This document shows, one piece after another, positions 19,393 to 28,028 of a DNA stretch of 64,000 nucleotides. Made by a program: the position numbers and the translations under genes. The stretch lies in assembly GCA_046483495.1 (NCBI GenBank), contig JAWODC010000067.1, positions 32,001-96,000 of the forward strand, read 5' to 3'. The notes below the pieces were generated by a model. The model was not told the DNA's origin. It ran no database searches and was given only the letters and a program-made list of their open reading frames with translations. Origin of the DNA: Desulfobacterales bacterium. Its GTDB lineage: Bacteria; Desulfobacterota; Desulfobacteria; Desulfobacterales; UBA5616. How positions within the stretch are numbered: the stretch's first letter is position 1; each line of letters starts with the position of its first letter.

Positions 19393-20118
19393 TTACCGAT
19401 TCGGGTCGGTCTCGTTATGGTTTTGCATGCGGCGGGTATGAAGGGCGAACCGAAACAAGTGCTTGAATTTATAAACAGCTTCTGATGCCAGGCTAAAATG
19501 GCTGGCTCGATTGTCACTGCATGCCACAGGTATTTCCAGAATCCGCCGTTTTTCTTCGATAGCATGAAAAAACAATTCGAGGACATAAGCCGTCCATGGA
19601 TCGAGATGATGTGCATGCTGCAAAACAAAACTGCGTCTATATGCTTTGGCGCCGATCGAAAAATCAGCGGCTGCGGCCCCCAAAACCATGGCAGTCGTAA
19701 AGATGAAAATATTGCTTCCCAAGGTTCTGAAAAATGTACGATCTTGATACTGCATCCGCTTGCAGCCGATTACCATATCGCATTTTTCTAAAAAATCGAG
19801 CGCAAGGGGTATAAAATCCAGTTCGACGGACAAGTCGGCGTCACAGGAGATGATAAATTCGCTGGAAGCCATGTCGGCCCCCTGAACGAAGGCGAGTCCG
19901 GGCCCTTTTCCGGGCAGATGAAATGATTTAATATTGCGGTTCTTGTTTTCCAGGGTCGAAATAATTTTCGGGGTGGCATCTGTGGAGCCGTTGCTGCCTA
20001 AGATGATATCTGCCTCGATCTCATGCTTTTTGAGATAATCCATCAGCCGATACGTATTTTTTTCGATGAGGTCTTCCTCATTATATAACGGAATAAAAAT
20101 CGAGCAGGTGGAATTCAT
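19393..20118 (-). CDS. glycosyltransferase family 2, DPM1/Alg5-like (polyprenol-phosphate sugar synthase type)
   Basis: IPLYNEE, NGSTD, GKG, DAD (DxD) motif, DMVIG.KR, GAKAYRR; 241 aa. Confidence 0.85.
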   Translation of the reverse strand: MNSTCSIFIPLYNEEDLIEKNTYRLMDYLKKHEIEADIILGSNGSTDATPKIISTLENKNRNIKSFHLPGKGPGLAFVQGADMASSEFIISCDADLSVELDFIPLALDFLEKCDMVIGCKRMQYQDRTFFRTLGSNIFIFTTAMVLGAAAADFSIGAKAYRRSFVLQHAHHLDPWTAYVLELFFHAIEEKRRILEIPVACSDNRASHFSLASEAVYKFKHLFRFALHTRRMQNHNETDPNR

Positions 20119-22736
20119 GGCGTTTTCTTTTCCTGGATATACGTTCGTGCGTAATGCGTCCAGTTACTGTTTGGGAATCGACTAAAAAGCCGATCGGCAG
20201 CCTCCCGCGCTTTTTCCCGGTCACCCAAATTCATATGACTTTTCAATACATGGAAAAGCGCCTCCGGCGCAAAACGGCTGTCCGGGTAATCTTCTTTCAG
20301 GCGTGTAAAACTTGCAATCGTATTTGTATAATCCTTTTTCCGCCAGAAAGACAGACCCAAGTAATAAGCGGCATCATCCCCGTATCCGGAATCGGGGGCA
20401 ATGCTCAAGATCTTCTTAAAAACAGGAATGGCGCGGTCGAACTTTTCTGAGGAATAGTAACGAAGTCCGGTTTGCTTCAGTCTTTCCGGACTGTTGTTTC
20501 GTTTTTCATAAATACCATAGACCATTACGGTAATAATTATGGCCCAGCAGGCGGAGAATACAATCCTGCGTTTTTGGTTGGAAATAGGTGTCCGGGTGAT
20601 TTTCCAGTCACTATTGATCAGCCGGTTGACCGGTTTGGTCCATTTCAGCAGGCATACCATGATCGTCAATGCCGTAGCAGACAGACCGACCCACCCGGCG
20701 CCGCCTCTCTGGAAGACCATTTCGACATTTTCCCGGAAGGGGATGATCATCATAAAAGAGGGGGAAATGAGAAAGGGTCCCAGAGCTCCACTGCAGCGCC
20801 AGTTCGGATGATAGGAAACTTTAACGAGCAGGGGAATTCCAGGCTCTGATGTGGTGATGTCGATGCCGTTTCGAGTGATGCGGCTTTTTACGCGGACCGC
20901 TTGGCTGTTCAGCCCGATCCCGGGTATTTTTGCAAAGGTCGTAAATTCAGGTAGAGTGAGGATTTCAGGCCGTTTTTTTTCGGCGTCGTTCGGGTAAACG
21001 ATAAATGGCATATCTCTGTCGTATTTACGAAACCATTCGTAGGCATTTATTCGCCAGTTGCGGCGATCATGTTTGACCGGCCTGTATTTCAAGGGTGCCA
21101 CGTAACCCTCATCAACGGTTTGAAGGCTGAAGATGTCAATGTCTCCAAATCGCGCAACATGCTGAAGATCCTGGTGATCCCGTGCCGCTGATTTAATGGT
21201 GTCGCTGACGGCGATAAAATGGCCGATATGCATTAAATTAAAATGGTCGACCGCCCTGTCGAGGTTCGGAGTGGTATAGTTAAATTGGGGCAGCGGTGTG
21301 GAACTGACATCCGATATTTCGGATTGAAGGAAAAAAATGAACGGCGAGGATATCGAGGACTGAACGTAAAGCCCTTCAAGTGTCGATCGTCCGGAAAAAT
21401 GAGGAAGATTTTCGAAGGCACGGGTTGTACCGAAACGGTTTAAACTGGGGGAGTGTTCATAGGCAACCCTTGGATCGTTTTCATCTCCCTTAAGAAAAAA
21501 GTTGATGTGAAAAAATGTGGGCCATTCGCGCTTGTTTTCGAATCCCGAGTAGTTCCACCTGGACCAGCTCTCGGTGGATTGCTCATGGAGTTCGATCCAG
21601 GAACCGGTTCCCAGCAGTACGACGACAATGAAAACCGAGGATTTTTTGAGATATCGGGCTCCCCATCCGGCGGCTGAAGCTGAAATCAGCATCGGGAGAT
21701 ACTCTACATAAGGAAGAAAGCGGATATCCACGACATTGAGTTCATATGCGGTTTCATAAAGAATAACGGCAATGCCGATTCCAAACCACATATAAAGCAT
21801 CAGGCGTAAACTGTCCGAAAAAGGGGCTTTTTCCTTTTTTCTTTTGTAAATATTCAGTCCGGCGATAAAGAGCGTGCCGACGATCGAAAATATCAGAAAC
21901 GGCCATAGGATTGCCGGAAAAACCTCCTGAATTCCGGAAAATTGCCATAAAAAATTAAATTTGGTGGACCACCCGGAACCGGCCAGAAAAGGGAAAAACC
22001 AAAACGCCATAAACCCCAAAGCCAGTCCGTATATGCGCAATAGATACAGCATCCTTTTTCGAATTCCCGGCGCCGGGTTGAATAGAAAAAAGGAGGGCGT
22101 CAATACGGCGAACATCAACCCCACACCGTGACACAGCCCGATAATCCCCAGCAGCAGGCCGTTTGCAATCGTGTATCGAGAGCTATGGATATGACGGAAC
22201 ACTGAAAACAAAAATATAATGCTGAGACAGAAGGACAGCTGGAAACCGAACTCTCCCGCCATGTTGCTGAGGATATTGCCGCCCCACATTGAATTGCCTT
22301 CTGAAAACAGAAAAGCCAGGCTGAAAGCCGCACCCAAAATGGGTGCGGGAAAATTCTGCCGGCCGATTCGCAGCCCCAGATAACTGCATATCGGCAGAAG
22401 AAAAATGCCGACCACCGATATCAGCTTAAAGCTGATCTGCATGGGCATCGCAAAACTCAGTAAGACCATGCCTAAGAAAGGGAGGGGAAAATAAAACTGA
22501 AACAATGGAAATCCGCAGAAGTTTCCGGGGTACCAGCCGATCAGCCTGCCGGTTTTAAACAGCATTTCTTTTAAATATACCGCGGTCGGGTAATGGGAGG
22601 CCATATCGCCTCCGGCGGTAGTTGTTTTTTCAAACAGCAAAGGCCACTGCAGCTTGTCCGCGATGTAGAGAAGAATCAACAGCAGGAAGACGGCATCCAG
22701 AATTTCGGTCCAGTACTTTTCGACGGCCGTTTTCAT
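20115..22736 (-). CDS. multi-pass membrane protein, GT-C-like (YfhO / PTPS-related membrane domain) with C-terminal TPR repeats
   Basis: GGDMASH acidic first loop, GWYP...GFPLFQFY.P, roughly a dozen hydrophobic helices, extracytoplasmic domain, C-terminal TPRs (AAYYLG, YPDSRFAPEALF, FPNS). Confidence 0.75.
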   Translation of the reverse strand: MKTAVEKYWTEILDAVFLLLILLYIADKLQWPLLFEKTTTAGGDMASHYPTAVYLKEMLFKTGRLIGWYPGNFCGFPLFQFYFPLPFLGMVLLSFAMPMQISFKLISVVGIFLLPICSYLGLRIGRQNFPAPILGAAFSLAFLFSEGNSMWGGNILSNMAGEFGFQLSFCLSIIFLFSVFRHIHSSRYTIANGLLLGIIGLCHGVGLMFAVLTPSFFLFNPAPGIRKRMLYLLRIYGLALGFMAFWFFPFLAGSGWSTKFNFLWQFSGIQEVFPAILWPFLIFSIVGTLFIAGLNIYKRKKEKAPFSDSLRLMLYMWFGIGIAVILYETAYELNVVDIRFLPYVEYLPMLISASAAGWGARYLKKSSVFIVVVLLGTGSWIELHEQSTESWSRWNYSGFENKREWPTFFHINFFLKGDENDPRVAYEHSPSLNRFGTTRAFENLPHFSGRSTLEGLYVQSSISSPFIFFLQSEISDVSSTPLPQFNYTTPNLDRAVDHFNLMHIGHFIAVSDTIKSAARDHQDLQHVARFGDIDIFSLQTVDEGYVAPLKYRPVKHDRRNWRINAYEWFRKYDRDMPFIVYPNDAEKKRPEILTLPEFTTFAKIPGIGLNSQAVRVKSRITRNGIDITTSEPGIPLLVKVSYHPNWRCSGALGPFLISPSFMMIIPFRENVEMVFQRGGAGWVGLSATALTIMVCLLKWTKPVNRLINSDWKITRTPISNQKRRIVFSACWAIIITVMVYGIYEKRNNSPERLKQTGLRYYSSEKFDRAIPVFKKILSIAPDSGYGDDAAYYLGLSFWRKKDYTNTIASFTRLKEDYPDSRFAPEALFHVLKSHMNLGDREKAREAADRLFSRFPNSNWTHYARTYIQEKKTP

Positions 22737-23557
22737 TGAACTTTTTTTCGATGGATAAGCGTATATAACTGAAAACCGATGTATACCAGCAAAAGCCCGG
22801 CGACGCCCCAGGCAAAAAACGGGTATGACAGAACGTCAAACACTGTTTTCTCATGAATAATGGATACTTTTCCGGTATAACCATGTTCATACCTGCCTGT
22901 CGGCCGCTCTTCGGAGATAACGGCCAGAACCGTATAAATGCTGGGCGGCAGGGCGGAAAAGTTCTGCACTTCAAAGGACTCATAAATCGTCGTATCCGCC
23001 GGGATGGAAAGGATTTTTACCGGGGTGCGGACGGTCAGCTCTTGGGGGGCAACGATACGCAACCGAATACGGTGGTCCTTTTGATCGAAACTCTTCATTT
23101 TTAAAACAAGCGATCCGTTTTGTGTCATTTGCACGTCTTCAATTTTACAGAATACGCGCGGCGAATCGGATGCAAATGAAACGGTTGCATATGAAACTGC
23201 GCTGAACGGATAACGGTTCTGATCTTTATACCGGGCGATTAACGGAACCACCATTTGGGAGCATTCAAAACCCCGTCTATACTCGAATCGTTTTGTCATA
23301 CAACTCCCGGCCGGTAATCGATCCTGCCGAACAATTGTTTTCTTTTCCTCAAAATCTGCTTCGATTTCAACATCATGGGCTGTTTCATCGCCGTTGTTAT
23401 ATAACTTGAAAGTGATCACCGCCGATCCGTCCCGAATGCTGCTGGAAACTGTTGAATCGATTGAAATGATACCGGCGGCACCGAACCGGGGAAGAAAAAC
23501 CAGGACGATCACAAAAACGAAGTAAGACAGGCGGCTTTTTATCACGATTTGGTTCAT
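22733..23557 (-). CDS. hypothetical exported, C-terminally anchored beta-sandwich protein
   Basis: signal peptide, LYNNGDETAHDV (CARDB/Ig-like pattern), C-terminal TM helix plus basic tail HRKKVQ; stop overlaps the next ATG. Confidence 0.7.
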   Translation of the reverse strand: MNQIVIKSRLSYFVFVIVLVFLPRFGAAGIISIDSTVSSSIRDGSAVITFKLYNNGDETAHDVEIEADFEEKKTIVRQDRLPAGSCMTKRFEYRRGFECSQMVVPLIARYKDQNRYPFSAVSYATVSFASDSPRVFCKIEDVQMTQNGSLVLKMKSFDQKDHRIRLRIVAPQELTVRTPVKILSIPADTTIYESFEVQNFSALPPSIYTVLAVISEERPTGRYEHGYTGKVSIIHEKTVFDVLSYPFFAWGVAGLLLVYIGFQLYTLIHRKKVQ

Positions 23558-23628
23558 TTTCCTAATGCCATTGGGAGCTTACATGTCGAATAGAGCAATA
23601 AAATTAAATGGTTGGAAAAAGTTCGCGT

Positions 23629-23657
23629 ATTATGTCCGAACGTGCTGAAATTGTCAA
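23629..23657 (-). promoter_or_regulatory. sigma70 promoter for the 23557-19393 operon
   Basis: TTGACA-17bp-CATAAT on the minus strand. Confidence 0.65.
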
Positions 23658-23721
23658 CAGATTCATTTTTATATCAAGCCATTGTCTTTCATTTCTTCCG
23701 CTCTTGTCTTCCGCTTTTTAC

Positions 23722-23750
23722 TTGTCATTCATGAACACAAATTCTATCAT
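23722..23750 (+). promoter_or_regulatory. putative sigma70 promoter for the cysteine desulfurase
   Basis: TTGTCA-17bp-TATCAT. Confidence 0.55.
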
Positions 23751-23796
23751 CGATCAGAATGCCGTTGTTTTTTATACGCGGTCCAAATGAAGGAGG

Positions 23797-24951
23797 ATGC
23801 CCATGGTAAGCCCCATATATCTGGATTACAACGCAACCACCCCCCATGATCCCGAAGTCATTGCCGCCATGATGCCGTTTTTGAATGAAGCATTCGGCAA
23901 TCCCTCCAGCAGCCACTGGTACGGCATCACACCCAAACGGGCCGTAGAGGCCGCCCGAGCCCGGGTGGCGGGCCTGCTCAATTGCACCACCGATGAGATT
24001 ATTTTCACCAGCGGCGGAACCGAATCGAACAATCATGCCGTTTCAGGCATCGCGTGGGCCCGGAAGGACCGGGGAAATCACATTATCACCAGCACTGTCG
24101 AACACCCGGCGGTTTTCGAAGTGTGCGGAGCGCTTGAAAAACACGGGTTTGAAACCACATATGTCAATGTGGACGGGAACGGTCGCGTTAACATTGATGA
24201 GCTCGAGCAAGCGGTCCGGAAAGATACGGTTTTGATCACCATCATGCATGCCAACAACGAGGTGGGCACCATGCAGCCCATTGAAGACATTTCGGCTGTC
24301 GCTAAGAAAAACAACATCGTCATGCATACCGATGCGGCTCAATCCGTGGGAAAGATACCGGTGGACGTGTGCAGATTGGGTGTCGATCTGCTCTCCATTG
24401 CCGGCCACAAGGTGTATGCCCCCAAAGGCGTCGGCGCTCTGTTTATCCGCAGGGGTCTGGCACTGGAAAAATTCTGCCACGGGGCCGGGCAGGAAATGGG
24501 AAAAAGGGCGGGAACGGAAAACGTCCTGGAAATCGTTGGGCTTGGCAAGGCCTGTGAAATCGCCGAACGAGATATGGAAAGGAGTATGCGGCATATGAAA
24601 CATATGCGCGACCGGCTTTATGAAGGCCTGCAAAAAGCCGGCACCGTCACTCGACTGAACGGACATTTACACGATCGCCTGCCCAACACATTGAGCCTCT
24701 CGTTTAAAAACCTCGAAGCTAATCGTATTCTCGAAGAAATCGGGCTGGAAGTGGCGGCATCGGCCGGTGCGGCCTGTCATGCGGATGCAGTTGAGATTTC
24801 CCATGTCCTGTCGGCCATGAAGGTCCCCCTGGATTTTGCAAAAGGGACCCTGCGGTTCAGTGTCGGAAGAATGACGACTGCAGAGGAAATCGATCAAGCC
24901 ATCGATGTGGTGCTGCAGGCCGTAGAAAGTTTGTCGAGACAACGTGATTAG
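23797..24951 (+). CDS. NifS/IscS-family PLP cysteine desulfurase (possible selenocysteine lyase)
   Basis: YLDYNATTP, GNPSS, FTSGGTESN, EH, HTDAAQ, GHK (PLP Lys), RAGTEN, SAGAACH catalytic Cys. Confidence 0.9.
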   Translation: MPMVSPIYLDYNATTPHDPEVIAAMMPFLNEAFGNPSSSHWYGITPKRAVEAARARVAGLLNCTTDEIIFTSGGTESNNHAVSGIAWARKDRGNHIITSTVEHPAVFEVCGALEKHGFETTYVNVDGNGRVNIDELEQAVRKDTVLITIMHANNEVGTMQPIEDISAVAKKNNIVMHTDAAQSVGKIPVDVCRLGVDLLSIAGHKVYAPKGVGALFIRRGLALEKFCHGAGQEMGKRAGTENVLEIVGLGKACEIAERDMERSMRHMKHMRDRLYEGLQKAGTVTRLNGHLHDRLPNTLSLSFKNLEANRILEEIGLEVAASAGAACHADAVEISHVLSAMKVPLDFAKGTLRFSVGRMTTAEEIDQAIDVVLQAVESLSRQRD

Positions 24952-24995
24952 AGGGTTTAGAGCGTTTTGATCGTTACGAGCGTTGTGAACGACGA
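24951..24995. repeat. degenerate 9-bp tandem repeat (GAGCGTTNN x4-5)
   Basis: gagggttta gagcgtttt gatcgttac gagcgttgt gaacgacga. Confidence 0.6.
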
Positions 24996-25003
24996 TCCCA
25001 ACG

Positions 25004-25038
25004 ACCCATAACCCATCACCCATAACCCCTAACCCATC
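25004..25038. repeat. 7-bp tandem repeat (ACCCATA-type x5)
   Basis: acccata acccatc acccata accccta acccatc. Confidence 0.8.
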
Positions 25039-25047
25039 CCCTTTTTT

Positions 25048-25644
25048 TCATATATTGATCACCTTATCAGCAACCTGCATAGCGGTGACGATGTCCAGCA
25101 TATTCGTCGTTTCGCCGACCTGCTTGTGGCCCAGCAGATTGAAATGATCGAGACATGTTCCACATACGAGAATCGAAAGCCCCTCGTCCGCCATTTTTTG
25201 CAAATCGGCCAAGACCTCGGAGCCGTCCACCGCAAGCTTGACGCCGTTGTTTACCAGTACAAGCCGCCACAGGTCCGGTTTCATTTCCGGTAAGGTTCTG
25301 ATGAAATTCATCATTAATTTAAGCCCCAACCGGTCATCCCCGAAGCCGAGGCGGTCCGTAGACACCATGACCATGATCCGTTTCGGCAGGGTTTCTTCGG
25401 TTTCAACCGGCTGTTCCGGAAGGCTTTCCAGCGATTCACTCTGCCCGGAAATAACGAAATCCTCCCCCCTTCGATCAAATGCAACGCGGTATCCCCGGGA
25501 TGAGAGAAATCGCGAAATATTTTCCTTTGCGGCAGAATTGTCCACAAGAACGGTAATTTCCGAGGGATGATGATGTTCGATCTCCACCTTGGTTTGAAGG
25601 ACCGGCGTTGGACAGGCCAATCCCCTGGCGTCTATCTCCGGCAT
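25048..25644 (-). CDS. yedF: selenium metabolism protein YedF (TusA/SirA + DsrE domains)
   Basis: IDARGLACPTPV TusA motif; LG..LM..F, CGTC and VGETTNMLDIV DsrE-like domain. Confidence 0.85.
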   Translation of the reverse strand: MPEIDARGLACPTPVLQTKVEIEHHHPSEITVLVDNSAAKENISRFLSSRGYRVAFDRRGEDFVISGQSESLESLPEQPVETEETLPKRIMVMVSTDRLGFGDDRLGLKLMMNFIRTLPEMKPDLWRLVLVNNGVKLAVDGSEVLADLQKMADEGLSILVCGTCLDHFNLLGHKQVGETTNMLDIVTAMQVADKVINI

Positions 25645-26049
25645 ATCGTTTTCTCCTTATTGCCTGTCCAAAAACGGCTGATGCACTCCATTTCTGTGTC
25701 GGCCTGAATATAATCCTCAAGTTAATGATTTTCTTCGAGATTGTCTAATTGGAAATTTGAATGTCCTATATGGTGACCTATAGATGTTTTCAATGGCCGA
25801 GAAGGCCTGATCGTCTTCTTCGAAGTTAAAGGCTTGCAAACAACGAAAAGAATCCTATATTTTGAGTGTTGAAATTTCCTTATTTGATTTGCCTGTGTTA
25901 AGGTATAGTTCACGAGTCTTCAGCCGGAAAGATGATCGCTTTAACGGTTGATGATAACCAGCCTCCTCCCGTCTCGTTTAAGAAGCTGTACATTCTTCTT
26001 TTTCATAAGCCGGCGTGATGGCGCAGAAATGCGGCAAGGAGGCCTAACT

Positions 26050-26077
26050 AGTGTCAATCCATTTATGGATGGACACT
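26050..26077. repeat. 28-bp imperfect palindrome matching the fused ends of the 146-bp element
   Basis: AGTGTCAATCCAT-TT-ATGGATGGACACT versus element ends AGTGCCCATCCA...GGATGGGCACT. Confidence 0.55.
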
Positions 26078-26100
26078 GACTACAGATCTGATAACGAAAA

Positions 26101-26964
26101 ATGGAATTTGAAGGCATTAACGTAGAGGATGCCCCCCGGCTTAAAAATCCGGTTTTCATTGTCGGGTTCGATGGGTGGGGGAATGCATTGAACACGTCGA
26201 AGGGAATGGTCGATTACATTATCCGCACCCTTAGAGGGCGTTTTATCGCCCAACTGGATACGGACATGTTTTACCGCTATGATGCCGTGCGTCCCATAGT
26301 TGCGGTGGAGGACGGGGTCTTAAAAAAACATCGGCCGCCGGGTGCGAGCTTCTTTGCCATTGAAACCGAATCCGATGCCCACGACCTCGTGGTCTTGTCG
26401 GGGGATGAACCGAACCTTGCCTGGAGCCTGTTGGTTCGCAATCTTTACGGGTATTTGCAGGCTTTGGGGGTCAAAACCGTCATATCCCTTGGGGGGTTAT
26501 TCGATAATGTTCTCCATACGGACAGGGTGATATCGGGAGTTGTTTCCAATGAAGGGCTGAAAGCGCTGTTGCGCCAAAAAGGCGTTTCGCCGATTACTTA
26601 TCACGGCCCGAGTACCATCCATGCCACGATTCAGTGGGAGGGCCGGAAAAGGGGATTTGAATGCTTGAACCTTTGGTGCCACTGCCCCTACTACCTTCAG
26701 GGCCTTACCCACTTCGGGCTTTTATCGACACTCGGCCGGTTGCTTTCCTATTTGGGCCATTTCAACATCGATATGGATGTACTGGAAGATAATTGGGAAC
26801 GACTGCAACCGGAAATACAGGAATTAATCGAAAAAAACCCGCAAATCAAATCCGCTGTCGAGAGACTTATGAAGCAGCGGTCACGAGAAGCGGCGGCCTT
26901 GCATAAGTCCGTCGACCCGAAAGAAAAGATAATCGATTTGTCGGATTTTTTAGAACCCAAGTAA
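26101..26964 (+). CDS. PAC2 (proteasome assembly chaperone 2)-family protein
   Basis: GFDGWGNA, RP, GDEPNLAW, ISLGG...HT, YHGP, WCHCPYY pattern. Confidence 0.8.
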   Translation: MEFEGINVEDAPRLKNPVFIVGFDGWGNALNTSKGMVDYIIRTLRGRFIAQLDTDMFYRYDAVRPIVAVEDGVLKKHRPPGASFFAIETESDAHDLVVLSGDEPNLAWSLLVRNLYGYLQALGVKTVISLGGLFDNVLHTDRVISGVVSNEGLKALLRQKGVSPITYHGPSTIHATIQWEGRKRGFECLNLWCHCPYYLQGLTHFGLLSTLGRLLSYLGHFNIDMDVLEDNWERLQPEIQELIEKNPQIKSAVERLMKQRSREAAALHKSVDPKEKIIDLSDFLEPK

Positions 26965-27009
26965 CCATTCGGATGAGAACCTGGAGGGGTTGCTGTACAT
27001 AGGGCTGTA

Positions 27010-27840
27010 ATGGGAGACGATTTTTATCACATATTGGGTGTGGATCAAAACGCCGGGGACAAGGAAATCAAAGATGCCTACCGCAAACTGGCATTTTCGT
27101 ATCACCCCGACCGAAACAGGGATAACTCCGATGCCGCGGAAAAAATGAAAAAAGTCAATGAGGCCTACGCCGTGCTTTCAAATGCGGACAAAAGACGGCA
27201 GTATGACGCCATGCGGCGTCAATACGGTTCACATGCTTACAGCCGTTTTCGGCAGAATTATTCGGAACAGGACATTTTCAGCGGCTCTGACATCAATTCG
27301 ATTTTGGATGAAATGGCCAAAGCATTCGGATTCAGGGGGGTCGATGAAATATTCCGGGAATTTTACGGTCGGGGGTATCGCTCATTCGAGTTCCGACGAC
27401 CCGGGATGACCGCGCGCGGGTTTGTATTCCAAGGTCCTTTAAGGCGAACGAAACCGGGATCGGCAGCCCCGGGTCTTAAGACCGGCTTGGCGACCGGTCT
27501 GTCCAAAAAGATTTTAGGCAAATTGAGCCGTTTGGCCATCGAAAAGATCAGCGGAGTCGTATTCCCCCAAACCGGATCGGACATGATGGACGATATCTAT
27601 TTGGCGCCTGAAAAGGCCGAAAAAGGCGGGCCGTATGCATACCATCATCGACGAAGAAACAAAAAACTTGTGGTCAAGGTGCCTCGAGGCATCAAAGAAG
27701 GCCAGAAAATCCGGTTGCCGGGAATGGGTGGTGAGGGAACAGCCGGCGGCGGCTCCGGGGACCTGTATTTAAAGGTAAATTTCAAGAAACCGGTTCTTGA
27801 AAAAATAAAAGATGTCATTCATGAGCTACGGTCTAAATAG
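27010..27840 (+). CDS. DnaJ-class co-chaperone (J domain + G/F region + single C-terminal domain, no Zn finger)
   Basis: YHILGV...IKDAYRKLA..YHPD...NEAYAVLS; VKVPRG...GQKIRLPGMG...GDLY. Confidence 0.88.
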   Translation: MGDDFYHILGVDQNAGDKEIKDAYRKLAFSYHPDRNRDNSDAAEKMKKVNEAYAVLSNADKRRQYDAMRRQYGSHAYSRFRQNYSEQDIFSGSDINSILDEMAKAFGFRGVDEIFREFYGRGYRSFEFRRPGMTARGFVFQGPLRRTKPGSAAPGLKTGLATGLSKKILGKLSRLAIEKISGVVFPQTGSDMMDDIYLAPEKAEKGGPYAYHHRRRNKKLVVKVPRGIKEGQKIRLPGMGGEGTAGGGSGDLYLKVNFKKPVLEKIKDVIHELRSK

Positions 27841-27982
27841 TGCCCACCCGGAAATGGCTGATTCGCTCCATTTCGGCGTTGGCCGGTAAATTTTAATCCT
27901 CAAAATACTCAATGTACTCCTGCAGTTACAATTTACCGGCTGCCTTGAACTGAATCGAATTCTCATTTCCGGATGGACGCTG
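27838..27982. mobile_element. 145-bp nested-palindrome repeat (MITE/REPIN-like), copy 1
   Basis: about 90% identical to 42316-42462; terminal inverted repeats; begins on the TAG stop of the upstream gene. Confidence 0.8.
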
Positions 27983-28028
27983 ATTGGTTTAACGTTAATG
28001 TTTTTCATTAGAAAATAAAGGATAACCT

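Noticed and set aside
23797..25644. Selenocysteine (UGA) recoding or a NifS-SelD read-through fusion near yedF
   Set aside because: The desulfurase ends at TAG with no SelD-like frame following; the catalytic positions inspected are encoded as Cys.
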